The position numbers and the translations under genes are program-made. A model generated the notes under the pieces. It did no database searches. It saw only the letters and a program-made list of their open reading frames with translations, and was not told the DNA's origin. 64,000 nt of DNA from an uncultured delta proteobacterium (lineage in GTDB: Bacteria; Myxococcota_A; Polyangia; Polyangiales; Polyangiaceae), in NCBI GenBank assembly GCA_963827955.1, contig CAWHDJ010000018.1, positions 1,181,297-1,245,296 on the forward strand, given 5' to 3'. Shown in pieces: positions 18,625-28,072 of the stretch (positions are counted from its first letter, which is position 1; every line of letters starts with the position of its first letter).

Positions 18625-20949
18625 ATGCCCCGGATGCACGGTCTAACGCTCGTCGTCGCCCGCCCCCAGGCGGGCCGCCCCGATTCCGAACCGACCCCGG
18701 CCGAAGAAGCAGGCGTCACCCCGAGGACGCAGGCCGACGCGATCCTCGACAACCTCGTCGAGGGGTCGAAGGTCCGCCTCCGGCTCGCGGAAGGAGAGGC
18801 GCTGCCCTTCCTCTGCGACCTCGGCGCGGCGCTCGCCACGCTCGCCGCCCGGGATCGGGCGCGCGCCACGCTGCGGCTCCCGGTCCACCCGGAGCCCTGG
18901 GAGATGGGGATGGAGCGCGCCGGCCGCGACGTGCTCGTCTCGGTCTTCCAGGGCGGCGGGATCCCCGAGGTGGCGCTCCACGAGCGGCGCGTCGACGGCG
19001 AAGCGATCGCCGCGCGCACGCTGGCGGCGCTCGGCGCGGCCGGCACGGCGCTCGCGCGCGAGGCGGAGACGCTGCTCGCCCAGGGCCTCCCCTTCGGCCC
19101 CGACGGCCCCTCGTCCGAGCCTGCCATCGTCGCGATCGAGCCGACCGGCGACGTCCCCCTCGTCCTCGCCGCGGACGTGCTCCTCCGCCCGCCTCCGCCC
19201 GCGCCCGTCGCGCCCCCGCCCGCCGTCCTGCGCGCCGACCTCTTCGCGCTCCTCTTCCGCGGCAAGATCCGCATCACCGTCGGAGACCACGCCCGCGAGC
19301 TCCCCGACGTCTTCGTCTTCCCCCTCGCCGAGCAGCTCGCCGCGCTCGCCGTCGAGGCCGTCGAGGCGTGGACGCGCGGCCGCCCCTACTACCGCAGGCT
19401 GGCGGCGTTCGGCGCCATCTGCGGCATGAAGCTCGACAGCGGCGGCGCCGCGTCCCTCACCCTCGGCGTGGAGCGCCGCCGCGAGGAGTCGCGCGCCCAG
19501 ACCTGGACCTTCCCCGCCGTCGACGTGGGCGCGCTCGGGCAAGGCGTGGTCGCGTTCGGGCGCGCGCTCGTGCGGAGCATCTCCCGCCGCGATCGCGCGC
19601 AGGCCAGTAACCTCCGCCTCCACGCCTTCCGCGGGCGCATCCGCGAGCTCGGCGAGCTGCTCCGCGCCGCGACCCGCGACGACTCCAAGATCAACGACGC
19701 CCCCGAGCGCTACCGCGCCTTCGCCGCCGCCGTGCGCCCCGCCGCCAACAACGCGGAGACCCCGCTCGCCCGCGCGCGCCTCCGCTACACCGCGCGCTGG
19801 ACGGCGGCCGTCCCCTCGATCGACCTCCGGTCCACCTTCCTCTGCGGCGACCGCGTGGTGGTGGGCGCGGCGCGCGAGCTCCACTGCCTGGACGCCGAGA
19901 CCGGCTCGCCCCTCTGGCGCCGGCCCGCCGGCCGCGCCGTATCGGTGATGACGCCGCTCGGCCTCGGCCGCCTCGACCCCGAAGGCCTCTTCTGCCTGCA
20001 CGACCTCGTGAGCGGCGAGCCGCTCTGGTCGACCCGCCTCTCGCCCCGCGTCGGGACGAGCGCGTCCGGCGCCGTGGTGAGCGCGCCCGGGCTGCCGCGG
20101 ATGCTCATCGTGAGCGAGGGGGCGCGGCACCTCGTGGCGATCGACCTCCACGGCGGCGAGATCAAGTGGCGCTTCGCCGCGCGGCGGGGCGGCGTCTTCC
20201 GCCTACGCCGGGCGGGCCGCCTCGTCATCGTCGCCAGCTCGGACCCGGCGCTCACCGCGCTCGACGTCCTGACGGGCGAGGTCGTGTGGCGCTTCTGCGA
20301 CCGCCTCCGCTTCGCCTCGCACGTCGCCGTGGACCACGACGCGCTCTTCGCCATCGCGGGCGGCGGCGCCTTCGTCGGCCGCGGGGGCACGCGCCTCCAC
20401 CACCTCGACCCCTGGTCCGGCGAGGGCCGCTGGAGCGTCGACCTCCCCGAGCACCTCGCGCCCGTCGGCGCGCCGCTCCTCGGGCCGGAGACGGTGGTCG
20501 TGGCGACGCACGGGCGGCGCGGGACGGGGCTCGTCGGCTTCGACCGCAAGACGGGCGCGCGGCGCTTCGAGCAGGCCGTCTGCGGCTCCGCGGCGTCGTG
20601 CCTGATGGTCGACGGCACCGTCATCGTCAACGGCGAGGACGGCGAGCTGACGGCCGTGTCGGCGAACGACGGGTCGACGCGCTACCGCCACGTCTTCTCC
20701 GGCGGCGGCGAGGGGGACCGACCGCGGCGCCTCGAGCCCGTCCTCCGCTCCGGCGCGCTCTTCGTCCCGCAGACCGAGGTCCACGTCGTGCGCCCCCAGG
20801 ACGGGACCATCCTCGGCCGCGTGCCGAACGACATCATCCCCGACCTGCTCCGCGTCGGCGAGCGCTGCGACGTGTACGTGGCGGAGGAGAGCGGGCACCT
20901 GGCCGCCTACGACGCGGGGCCCCGGCTCATGCTCGTGACCCCGGTGTAG
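18625..20949 (+). CDS. PQQ-like beta-propeller repeat protein with an N-terminal domain of unknown function
   Basis: The 774-aa ORF is intact. The C-terminal half shows repeated [G][S/E]xLW / DG-[TL]-[VI] propeller motifs (GSPLWRR, GEPLWST, GEIKWRF, GEVVWRF, DGTVIVNGEDGELTAV). It is co-oriented with the Hsp70-like gene. Confidence 0.6.
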   Translation: MPRMHGLTLVVARPQAGRPDSEPTPAEEAGVTPRTQADAILDNLVEGSKVRLRLAEGEALPFLCDLGAALATLAARDRARATLRLPVHPEPWEMGMERAGRDVLVSVFQGGGIPEVALHERRVDGEAIAARTLAALGAAGTALAREAETLLAQGLPFGPDGPSSEPAIVAIEPTGDVPLVLAADVLLRPPPPAPVAPPPAVLRADLFALLFRGKIRITVGDHARELPDVFVFPLAEQLAALAVEAVEAWTRGRPYYRRLAAFGAICGMKLDSGGAASLTLGVERRREESRAQTWTFPAVDVGALGQGVVAFGRALVRSISRRDRAQASNLRLHAFRGRIRELGELLRAATRDDSKINDAPERYRAFAAAVRPAANNAETPLARARLRYTARWTAAVPSIDLRSTFLCGDRVVVGAARELHCLDAETGSPLWRRPAGRAVSVMTPLGLGRLDPEGLFCLHDLVSGEPLWSTRLSPRVGTSASGAVVSAPGLPRMLIVSEGARHLVAIDLHGGEIKWRFAARRGGVFRLRRAGRLVIVASSDPALTALDVLTGEVVWRFCDRLRFASHVAVDHDALFAIAGGGAFVGRGGTRLHHLDPWSGEGRWSVDLPEHLAPVGAPLLGPETVVVATHGRRGTGLVGFDRKTGARRFEQAVCGSAASCLMVDGTVIVNGEDGELTAVSANDGSTRYRHVFSGGGEGDRPRRLEPVLRSGALFVPQTEVHVVRPQDGTILGRVPNDIIPDLLRVGERCDVYVAEESGHLAAYDAGPRLMLVTPV

Positions 20950-20963
20950 GAGGAGGCTGGGTT

Positions 20964-21335
20964 CTACGCGGCGGACTTCGGGCGCTCGAAGCGCTGCGCG
21001 CGAGCGAGGCTCCAGCCTTTCGGGAGCGCCTCCGGTCGGCAGCGGAGCGCTTCGAGCTCGTCCGGCGTGATGTGGTCGGCGAGATCGGCCACCACGCTGG
21101 CGAGCAAGTGCGGCGCCGGCGGGGTACCGGGACGGCTGCGCCGGACGACCACGACGTCGATGCGCAGAGGTTCGCGGGAGAGCTGGAACTCCGAGATGCA
21201 CTGGTAGAAGCCGCCCGGGAGCACGTGCTCCAGCAACACGACGAGCACCGGATGCCACGCGGTGTAGACCCGGGTGAGCTTGTGCCGCTGAGCGGGCTCC
21301 GCCTTCTTCGTCGCCTTGCGCGCGACCTTCGCCAT
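20964..21335 (-). CDS. hypothetical protein
   Basis: The ORF is 129 aa (or 123 from MAKVARKATKK). It has a Lys-rich N-terminus and non-biased composition. No recognisable domain. Confidence 0.3.
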   Translation of the reverse strand: MAKVARKATKKAEPAQRHKLTRVYTAWHPVLVVLLEHVLPGGFYQCISEFQLSREPLRIDVVVVRRSRPGTPPAPHLLASVVADLADHITPDELEALRCRPEALPKGWSLARAQRFERPKSAA

Positions 21336-21514
21336 CGGCGGCAGCCCTACCACGGTCGCTGCCGGGTCGCGATCCCCATCGCGGCGCCGCCATCACGCGT
21401 GGGCAAGTGCGCTTCCGCGTAGGCGAGCGCTGCGCTGTGGCTCCGCACGAGCGTCATCGTGGACCGGATTTCAACGCAGAGACGCAGGGACGCAAAAAGG
21501 CAAGAAGAGCAAGC

Positions 21515-22003
21515 TCATGGCTTGGGCCATTCGACGTTCCAGAGGTCGAGGGCTCCGGCGAACGTTCGGAAGTCTTCGGCCATGGTCACCCAGCGATTCT
21601 GCTGCCGCGTCGCGCCCCAAAGCAGCCGGACAATGCGCGGGGGCGTGCATCGGTAGTCGAGCAAGATGGGGGCATCGGAGCCGAGGCCAAAGTCTCCGAT
21701 GAGCAGGGAGAGGTTGATGTCGATGCCCGATGGGCTCATGAACGGCTCGTTCCAGAATTCGCGCTCGGTGCCCGTTGCCCTCTCAGCAACCAGACGCGGA
21801 GGATGACAGAAGAGGTAGATGCGTGATTCCTCGGGCGCGAGGAGCTGGACGCGCGCGGCAGATATCAGCGGCGGCTCTCCGTTCTGCGCCAGCTCCTGCT
21901 GGTTGGTCCTTGGCCATCGCCCCGCGACGACGAGCGCCATGTACTCTTGCGGAAGCGGTAATCCTGCAATCAGCATCCGTCCCTCGTCTGCCCAACGTAC
22001 CAT
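21515..22003 (-). CDS. SUKH-1 (SMI1/KNR4) family immunity-like protein
   Basis: Starting at the internal M (MVRWADEGRMLIAGLPLPQEYMALVVAGRWP), it matches the SMI1/KNR4 LP..Y..FL motif. C-terminal LIGDFGLGSDAPILLDYR...VTMAEDFRTFAGAL matches the family's conserved C-terminal block. Codon usage is atypical (GTA, GCA, GGA, TTA, ATT) and local GC is about 60%. The ORF stays open upstream through the 21-bp repeat to M at 22288. Confidence 0.5.
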   Translation of the reverse strand: MVRWADEGRMLIAGLPLPQEYMALVVAGRWPRTNQQELAQNGEPPLISAARVQLLAPEESRIYLFCHPPRLVAERATGTEREFWNEPFMSPSGIDINLSLLIGDFGLGSDAPILLDYRCTPPRIVRLLWGATRQQNRWVTMAEDFRTFAGALDLWNVEWPKP

Positions 22004-22320
22004 TCCGATCCCCACACACGCCTCGGCGATCCCCGCGTACGCCTCGGCGAACCCCACGTACGCCTCGGCGATCCACGCATACGCCTCGGCGATCCACGCA
22101 TACGCCTCGGCGATCCCCACATACGCTTCGGCGATCCCCACGTACGCCTTGGCGATCCACGCGTACGCCTCGGCGATCCCCACATACGCCTCGTCGATCC
22201 CCACGTACGCCTCGGCGAACCACGCGTACGCCTCGTCGATCCACACGTACGCCTCGTCGATCCCCACGTACGCCTCGGCGATCCACACGTACGCCTCGGC
22301 GATCCACGCCCGAGCTTGCG
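22003..22320. repeat. 21-bp tandem repeat array, about 15 copies (unit CGCCTCGGCGATCC[C/A]CRCGTA), in frame with the SUKH gene and encoding (EAYVGIA)n heptads on the - strand
   Basis: Direct reading. It is a different unit from the 7375-7935 array but the same 21-bp period. Confidence 0.85.
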
Positions 22321-22373
22321 CGCACGACGCCGCCTCCGGTCGCCTCCGAACCTACATCGGCCCCTGCCGTCTT

Positions 22374-22436
22374 GCCCTGTCTCCGTTTGGGCCATGCCTG
22401 TCTCCGTTTGGGCCCTGCCTGTCTCCGTTTGGGCCC
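22374..22436. repeat. 3 x 21-bp tandem repeat (CTGTCTCCGTTTGGGCCMTGC)
   Basis: Direct reading. It lies 200-260 bp upstream of the 22634 gene. Confidence 0.8.
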
Positions 22437-22633
22437 TGCGACCCCTGGGCTGCGCCTCGACCAGGCGCTCGGGCCCCCTCAGGATCCTTCCCAACCTTGC
22501 GAAACCACGATTTATTTTGGACCCACAGGCCACGGCGCGTCCGGCTCGCGGCGGGCAGGCACGGCGCTTGCGATGAGGGCTCGTCGACGCGGCAATCGGG
22601 CCGCGGATCACCCATCACAGAAAGGAGGGCCCC

Positions 22634-23281
22634 ATGGCTACCGTGAATCGGACCCGGGCCATTTTGAAGATCGACAGACGCAGCACCCCCAGCGTGACGG
22701 GGAGGGCGAAGGCCGCGCGCGACGGGCTCGCGAGCGACACGACGAAGTTCGGCGCGTCCAACCCGAGCTCCGCCGCCATCGACGCCCAGATCACCGTCGT
22801 CGACAAGGCCGAGGACCAGGCGCGCAAGAGGGTCCCTGGCGCCGCTGCGGCGCGCAACGTCCAGCGATCGCTCCTCGTGGGCATGCTGGAGAAGGTGCTC
22901 ACGTTCGTGCAGGGGATCGCCGACACGAGCGCGACGCGCGAGGACGCCGTGGCCACGATCCTGGCGGCAGGATTGCTGGTCGCGACGCCCCCGCAGGCGC
23001 GGAAGCAGATCCTCGCGGCCAAGCAGGGTCCGCAGTCGGGCTGCGTGCTGCTGGCCGCCTTCGCGAAGCTGCTCGGCGCCGCGGGGAGCGCGAAGAGCTG
23101 CTTCAACTGGCAGCAAACCAGTGACGGCAAGACCTTCGTCAACCAGCCGTCGACGCCGAAGGCGAAGACCATGGTCACCGGCCTCACGCCGGGCCAGAGC
23201 TACGGCTTCCGCGTGAGCGTCACCCGCTCGGACGGCACCACCGGCGAGTGGACGCAGGTCGTCACCATCATCGCTCACTGA
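22634..23281 (+). CDS. hypothetical protein with C-terminal fibronectin type III-like domain
   Basis: A strong RBS (AAAGGAGG) sits 6 bp before the ATG. The C-terminus KTMVTGLTPGQSYGFRVSVTRSDGTTGEW fits the FN3 consensus (LxPxTxYxFRV). Confidence 0.5.
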   Translation: MATVNRTRAILKIDRRSTPSVTGRAKAARDGLASDTTKFGASNPSSAAIDAQITVVDKAEDQARKRVPGAAAARNVQRSLLVGMLEKVLTFVQGIADTSATREDAVATILAAGLLVATPPQARKQILAAKQGPQSGCVLLAAFAKLLGAAGSAKSCFNWQQTSDGKTFVNQPSTPKAKTMVTGLTPGQSYGFRVSVTRSDGTTGEWTQVVTIIAH

Positions 23282-23401
23282 CCCGATCCTCCCCCCTCCT
23301 CGCGCCGGCCCCTGCCCGGCGCGAGCCCCACCCCCTCGCCCGCCCCGTGACGATCGCCTCGTCCACGGGGCGGGCCTTCTTGGGGCCGGCGAAAGATTCA
23401 G

Positions 23402-24427
23402 TCAGCTCGGCGGGCTCGCCTCTTCGGCGGCGAGGGCCTCGAACGGGTCCTGCCACGACTCGAACTGGAGGATGCCGAGCGCGTCGAAGCGCTCGCGCTG
23501 CCGCGGCGAGAGCAGGCCGATCCGCTTCACGGCCGGCACGATCTTGGCGAAGAGGAGCTGGCGGAACATCTGCTGGCCCTTGTTGTGGAGGGCGATCTGC
23601 ATGCACTCCTCGACCGGGAGCCCCAGCTTCTCCCACACCTGCTGGAAGAGGAGCCGATCGCGCATCAGCACGGCGGCCTCGTAGACGAAATCCTCGCGCT
23701 CCCGCCGCTCCGCCTCGGGGAGATCGTCGTAGTAGTCGCGCAGCGAGAGGACGCCGTAGGCGACGTGGCGCGCCTCGTCCGCCATCACGTACTGGAGCAG
23801 CTTCTTGAGGAGCGGCTCCGGCATCGTCTGGCGCATGATCCCGAACGACGCGAGCGCCAGGCCCTCGACCATGATCTGCATGCCGAGGAGCTTGATGTCC
23901 CAGCGGCTGTCCTTGAGGATGAGGTCGAGCAGCGTCTTGAGGTGGGGGCTCACCGGGTACGAGTTGCCGAGCTTCTCGTGCAGGTAGCGATCGAAGACCT
24001 CGACGTGGCGGGCCTCGTCGACCACCTGCGTCGCGACGTAGTACTTCGAGTCCATGTCGGGCACGGAGGCGACGAGCTGCGTCGCCGCCATGAGCGCGCC
24101 CTGCTCGCCGTGGAGGAACTGCGAGAGCACCCAGGCGTTGGTCTCGACGTGGACCGTGTCCTTCTCCTTCGGCGTCATGCGCGCGTCGATCGCGGAGCCG
24201 TAGAGGGGCATCATCTCCTCGGGCGGACGCGACTGCATCACGTCGACCTCGGTCGACCAGGGCAGCACGTCGTCCGGGATCCACTGGCTGCGCTTCGCCT
24301 TGCCGTACAGGTCGCGCAGGTCGCGCCGCGTCTCCTCGTATCCCCAGTTGTAGACGAGGTCGAGGCTGCACTCGATGCGCTCGAGGGACGACGGGGAAGT
24401 GCGCTGGCGGGCGGATGACGCGGGCAT
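23402..24427 (-). CDS. ferritin-like diiron-carboxylate protein (two E..H / DEARH motifs)
   Basis: It has VDEARHVEVF and MADEARHVAYG, a duplicated DEARH diiron-ligand motif. It starts at the internal M (MPASSARQ..), ATG 24425-24427. Confidence 0.55.
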   Translation of the reverse strand: MPASSARQRTSPSSLERIECSLDLVYNWGYEETRRDLRDLYGKAKRSQWIPDDVLPWSTEVDVMQSRPPEEMMPLYGSAIDARMTPKEKDTVHVETNAWVLSQFLHGEQGALMAATQLVASVPDMDSKYYVATQVVDEARHVEVFDRYLHEKLGNSYPVSPHLKTLLDLILKDSRWDIKLLGMQIMVEGLALASFGIMRQTMPEPLLKKLLQYVMADEARHVAYGVLSLRDYYDDLPEAERREREDFVYEAAVLMRDRLLFQQVWEKLGLPVEECMQIALHNKGQQMFRQLLFAKIVPAVKRIGLLSPRQRERFDALGILQFESWQDPFEALAAEEASPPS

Positions 24428-24506
24428 GGGGCCTCCTCTGCTCCGGACAAGGTTGTCGGCAGGGGGCACCCGCGGTCAAGCAGGAAGGCTCGTCACGGGC
24501 GCGGGA

Positions 24507-25577
24507 TCACTCCGGGGCGGCGCTCGACGCGGCGATGCTCCCCTTGCCGAAGAGCCGCTCCCCCTCCGCCACCAGGATGCCCATGCCGCCGGCCACCGAG
24601 GGCAGGAGCTGGGTGAAGTGGTAGACGAACATGAACGCCAGCGCCTTCTCCTGGTCGACCCCGAAGAACATGAGCGCCGCCGTGCCGCCCGCCTCGACCG
24701 TCCCGATGCCCCCCGGCGAGGGGACCACCGTCGCGAGGTTGAACCCGATGAGCACGCTGAACGCCATCCCCAGCGTGAGCTGGATCCCGAACGCGTGCCC
24801 CGTCAGGATGAGGGCGCCGACCTCCCACGCCCAGGGCAGCGGCGCGACCGCGAGCGCGATCGCGAGCATCCGCTTGCTCTTGAAGGCCGCGATGCCGGAG
24901 CGGAACGCGCCGAAGATCGAGCTCAGGCGCGAGCCCGGGCGCGGCGTCCACCCGCGGATCGTGAGAAAGAGCATGGTGCCGCCCCAGCTCACGAGCAGCG
25001 CGCCGAAGATGAGGAGCGCCTTGTAGAGCCACCACGGGAGGTCGCTCACCAGCGAGAGGACGAGCAGGATCGGGATCCAGCCCCACCAGTCGAGCCAGCG
25101 ATCGACGAACTCGGTGCCGAGGATGGTGGCCCGGCTCTTCCCGCTCCGGCGGCCGAGGTACTGCACCCGGAGCAGGTCCCCGCCGCGCGCCGGCAGGATG
25201 GCGTTGAAGAACTGCCCGACCATCTGCGCCCGGTACGCCTGCCCGTATGCGAGCCCGAGGAGCGGGTGCATCACGAGGTGCCAGCGGAGCGACTGGAGCG
25301 CGAGCACCATCAGGGCCGAGAGCGCGCAGCCCACGATGACGAGCGGCGAGATCCCGGCGACGTAGTGCGCCACCTCCGCCGGCCGGATGCCGCGCCAGTA
25401 CCCGACGCCGCCGGCCACGGCCAGGCCCACCACGAGGCCGAGCAGGACGCGGCCGAGGCGCCCGGCGAGCGAGGGGACGGCCGGCGTCTCGCCCTGTTCG
25501 GCCTCGCCGCGTCCGCCGTGTTCGGCCTCGCCGCGTTCGGCCTCGACAGGGGGGGCGGCGTCGCGGGCGGGCTCCAT
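24507..25577 (-). CDS. flippase-like / lysylphosphatidylglycerol-synthase TM-region (UPF0104) family membrane protein
   Basis: It has more than 7 TM helices and PSPGGIGTVEAGGTAALMFFGV near the C-terminus, the characteristic GG-G-E motif of LPG_synthase_TM. Confidence 0.55.
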   Translation of the reverse strand: MEPARDAAPPVEAERGEAEHGGRGEAEQGETPAVPSLAGRLGRVLLGLVVGLAVAGGVGYWRGIRPAEVAHYVAGISPLVIVGCALSALMVLALQSLRWHLVMHPLLGLAYGQAYRAQMVGQFFNAILPARGGDLLRVQYLGRRSGKSRATILGTEFVDRWLDWWGWIPILLVLSLVSDLPWWLYKALLIFGALLVSWGGTMLFLTIRGWTPRPGSRLSSIFGAFRSGIAAFKSKRMLAIALAVAPLPWAWEVGALILTGHAFGIQLTLGMAFSVLIGFNLATVVPSPGGIGTVEAGGTAALMFFGVDQEKALAFMFVYHFTQLLPSVAGGMGILVAEGERLFGKGSIAASSAAPE

Positions 25578-25666
25578 GGGCCCCGGGCCGTATCACTCCG
25601 CGGTGTCGAGGGGAAGGGCAGGGGAGGGCTTGACGCAGAGGCCGCGGCCGCGTCCCATACGCTCCG

Positions 25667-26188
25667 ATGCCACCCGTACGCGGCTCCCTCTCGCTCGCCC
25701 TGACGTTGCTCGCGTCGACCACCCTGTGCGCCGCCCTCCCGGGCTGCACGGCCGCGGTTCCGCCCCCGCCTCCCGTTGCGCCCGAAGCGCCGGCGCCGGC
25801 GCCTCCCCCTGCCCCCGCCAAGCCGCCTTCCCTCGACCCCGCGGTGGTCAAGCTCGGCGGCGGCTGCGAGGGTGCGATGCAGGAGTACGTCAAGCGCTGC
25901 ATGGAGAGCCCGGCGGACTGCAGCGACAAGAGCAAGACCGACGGCGTGATGGGCGCCTACGGCGCCGTGCTCAACAACCCCGCCTACCTGGACGACTGCA
26001 AGTCGCCCCCCAGCACCGGGGTGAAGGTCTGCGCCGCCGTCACGAAGGGGCACGCGGTCGGCGTCACGGTGACCACCTCCCCGGGCGACGAGGGCATCGC
26101 CACCTGCATCGCGCAGAAGGTCCGGGGCCTCGCCTTCCCGGTGTATCCCCGCCTCGACGTCACCAACACCAACTTCGCCGCGCAGTAG
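25667..26188 (+). CDS. lipoprotein, hypothetical (Pro-rich linker, Cys-containing C-terminal domain)
   Basis: The signal is SLSLALTLLASTTLCAALPGC with a lipobox. Confidence 0.5.
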   Translation: MPPVRGSLSLALTLLASTTLCAALPGCTAAVPPPPPVAPEAPAPAPPPAPAKPPSLDPAVVKLGGGCEGAMQEYVKRCMESPADCSDKSKTDGVMGAYGAVLNNPAYLDDCKSPPSTGVKVCAAVTKGHAVGVTVTTSPGDEGIATCIAQKVRGLAFPVYPRLDVTNTNFAAQ

Positions 26189-26213
26189 GCCCGCCGAGCG
26201 GGCCCAGCGGCGC

Positions 26214-27050
26214 TCACGCCGCGGCCGTCGCGCTCTTCGCCACCATCGCCTCGCTCGCCTCCCAGAGCCGCCGCCCGACCTCCGGGTCGCGCGCCCCCTT
26301 CCCCGGCGTCACCGGCTTCCGCTTCTCGAAGTACTTACCGGTCACCTTCTCCACGTCCGGCGACGACGCCAGGTAGAGGCTCGTGTCCGCGCCCTTCTCC
26401 GAGGTCGTCAAGAAGGGCCGGATCAGCTTCACCCCGAGGCGCATCCAGCCCGGCCCCGTGGCGCCGAAGTTGCTCGCGATCACGCCGGGGTGGAGCGAGT
26501 TCGAGGTCACCCCGGTGCCCTCGAGCCGCCGGGCGAGCTCCTCGCTCCACACGACGTTGGCGAGCTTGGAGGCGCCGTACACCTGCATGGGGACGTACGA
26601 GCGGCGCGCGAACTCCAGATTTTCGAAGTCGAGGCGGGCGCTCCGGTGCGCCAGGGAGGCGACGTTCACGACGCGCGCCGGGGCGGCGGCCTCGAGGGCG
26701 CCGCGGAGCAGGTTCGTGAGCAGGAAGTAGGCGAGGTGGTTGGTGGCGAAGGTCCGCTCGATCCCGTCCACCGTGAGCGCGCGATCGCCGTTGATGGCGC
26801 CGGCGTTGTTCACCAGCACGTGGAGCCTGTCGTACCGGCCGAGGAACTCGGCGGCGACGCGCCGGATGTCGGCCTGCGACGAGAGGTCGCACGTGAAGAG
26901 GTGGACGTCGCCGTTCCCGGTCTCGCGCCGGATCTCCTCCACCGCGTCGCGCCCGCGCCCCGCGTCGCGCGCGACGGCGGCGACGGTCGCCCCCTGCCGG
27001 GCGAGCTCCAGCGCGGTGATCTTGCCGATGCCGGAGGTGAAGCCGGTGAC
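26214..27050 (-). CDS. SDR family oxidoreductase, frameshift at codons 3-4
   Basis: The body is ORF 26214..26942 (NNAG, YGASK). The true N-terminus, EIVLVTGFTSGIGKITALELARQGATV (TGxxxGIG), is preceded by ATG AAA GGC in the +1 frame. A single-base indel in an AAA run is implied. Confidence 0.6.
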   Translation of the reverse strand, partial: VTGFTSGIGKITALELARQGATVAAVARDAGRGRDAVEEIRRETGNGDVHLFTCDLSSQADIRRVAAEFLGRYDRLHVLVNNAGAINGDRALTVDGIERTFATNHLAYFLLTNLLRGALEAAAPARVVNVASLAHRSARLDFENLEFARRSYVPMQVYGASKLANVVWSEELARRLEGTGVTSNSLHPGVIASNFGATGPGWMRLGVKLIRPFLTTSEKGADTSLYLASSPDVEKVTGKYFEKRKPVTPGKGARDPEVGRRLWEASEAMVAKSATAAA

Positions 27051-27126
27051 CAGGACGATCTCTGCCTTTCATGGCGCGCATGGGAGGGGCGCGCCGGTGA
27101 AGCGTCAAGGGGTCGTGCGCGGCGCT

Positions 27127-27930
27127 TCAGGCGGGCGGGAGGATGACGGCGACGGGCGCGGCCTCCAGGCGCGCCGCGATGAGCCCGTCGTGCACCGCGA
27201 TGCGCACCTGGTGGAGCGCCGGCGCGAGGTCGGCGCTCTTGGCCCAGATGAAGAGGGTGGCCTCGAGCGACCGCGCGATGCCCGTGACGACGACGTTGGG
27301 CGCCGGCGTCGTCAGGACGAGCTTCGATGCGCGCGCCGCCTCGAGCAGCACGGCCGTGAGCTTCGCCGGATCCGTGCCCCAGGCGACGGTGACGGGGATC
27401 CCGCCGCGGAGCGTGCCGAGGGTGGAGCTGTTGACGATGCTGCCCTTGGTGATCTCCTTGTTCGGGACGAGGATGACCTGGTTGTCGGCCGTGAGGAGCG
27501 TGGTCGCGAAGAGGCCGATCTCCTTGACCGTGCCGGTGACCCCGGCCGCCGAGACGCTGTGCTCCAGATCGAAGGGGCGGAACACGAGGATCATCACGCC
27601 GCTCGCGAAGCTCTCCAGGCTGCTCTGGAGCGCGAGGCCGATCGCGAGGCCGGCGGAGGCGAAGACCGCGACGAGGCTGGTGGTCGGGACGCCGACGGCG
27701 CCCAGGGCCGCGATGACCGCGGCGGCGAGCACCGTGTACCGGAGCAGCCTGCCGAGGAAGCCGCCGAGCGCCCCGTCGAGCTTCCTGGCGTGGAAGGCGT
27801 GCTGGAGCATGTTCCCCGCCGAGCGGCCGATCACCGCGCCGAGCAGGAGGATGACGACGGCGAGGACCAGCCCCTTGGCCAGGGGGATGAGGTGCGCCTG
27901 GAGAAGGGCGATGGACTCGAGGGCCTGCAT
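27127..27930 (-). CDS. mechanosensitive ion channel, MscS family
   Basis: It starts at the internal M (MQALESIALL..) and has 3 TM helices, then LLTADNQVILVPNKEITKGSIVNSS (MscS beta-domain signature). Confidence 0.65.
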   Translation of the reverse strand: MQALESIALLQAHLIPLAKGLVLAVVILLLGAVIGRSAGNMLQHAFHARKLDGALGGFLGRLLRYTVLAAAVIAALGAVGVPTTSLVAVFASAGLAIGLALQSSLESFASGVMILVFRPFDLEHSVSAAGVTGTVKEIGLFATTLLTADNQVILVPNKEITKGSIVNSSTLGTLRGGIPVTVAWGTDPAKLTAVLLEAARASKLVLTTPAPNVVVTGIARSLEATLFIWAKSADLAPALHQVRIAVHDGLIAARLEAAPVAVILPPA

Positions 27931-28072
27931 GCGCGCCCAATCGCCTACTCGGTGCGGGGCCGCAAACGTCTTCCGACGATGCGGTGCCGCCCAGCCTCCG
28001 GGACGGTGTTGACGGAGCGTACCACGCGGATTGCGCGTGCAACGCCGTGGGTCCGCCGGTAGATTGCAAGGG

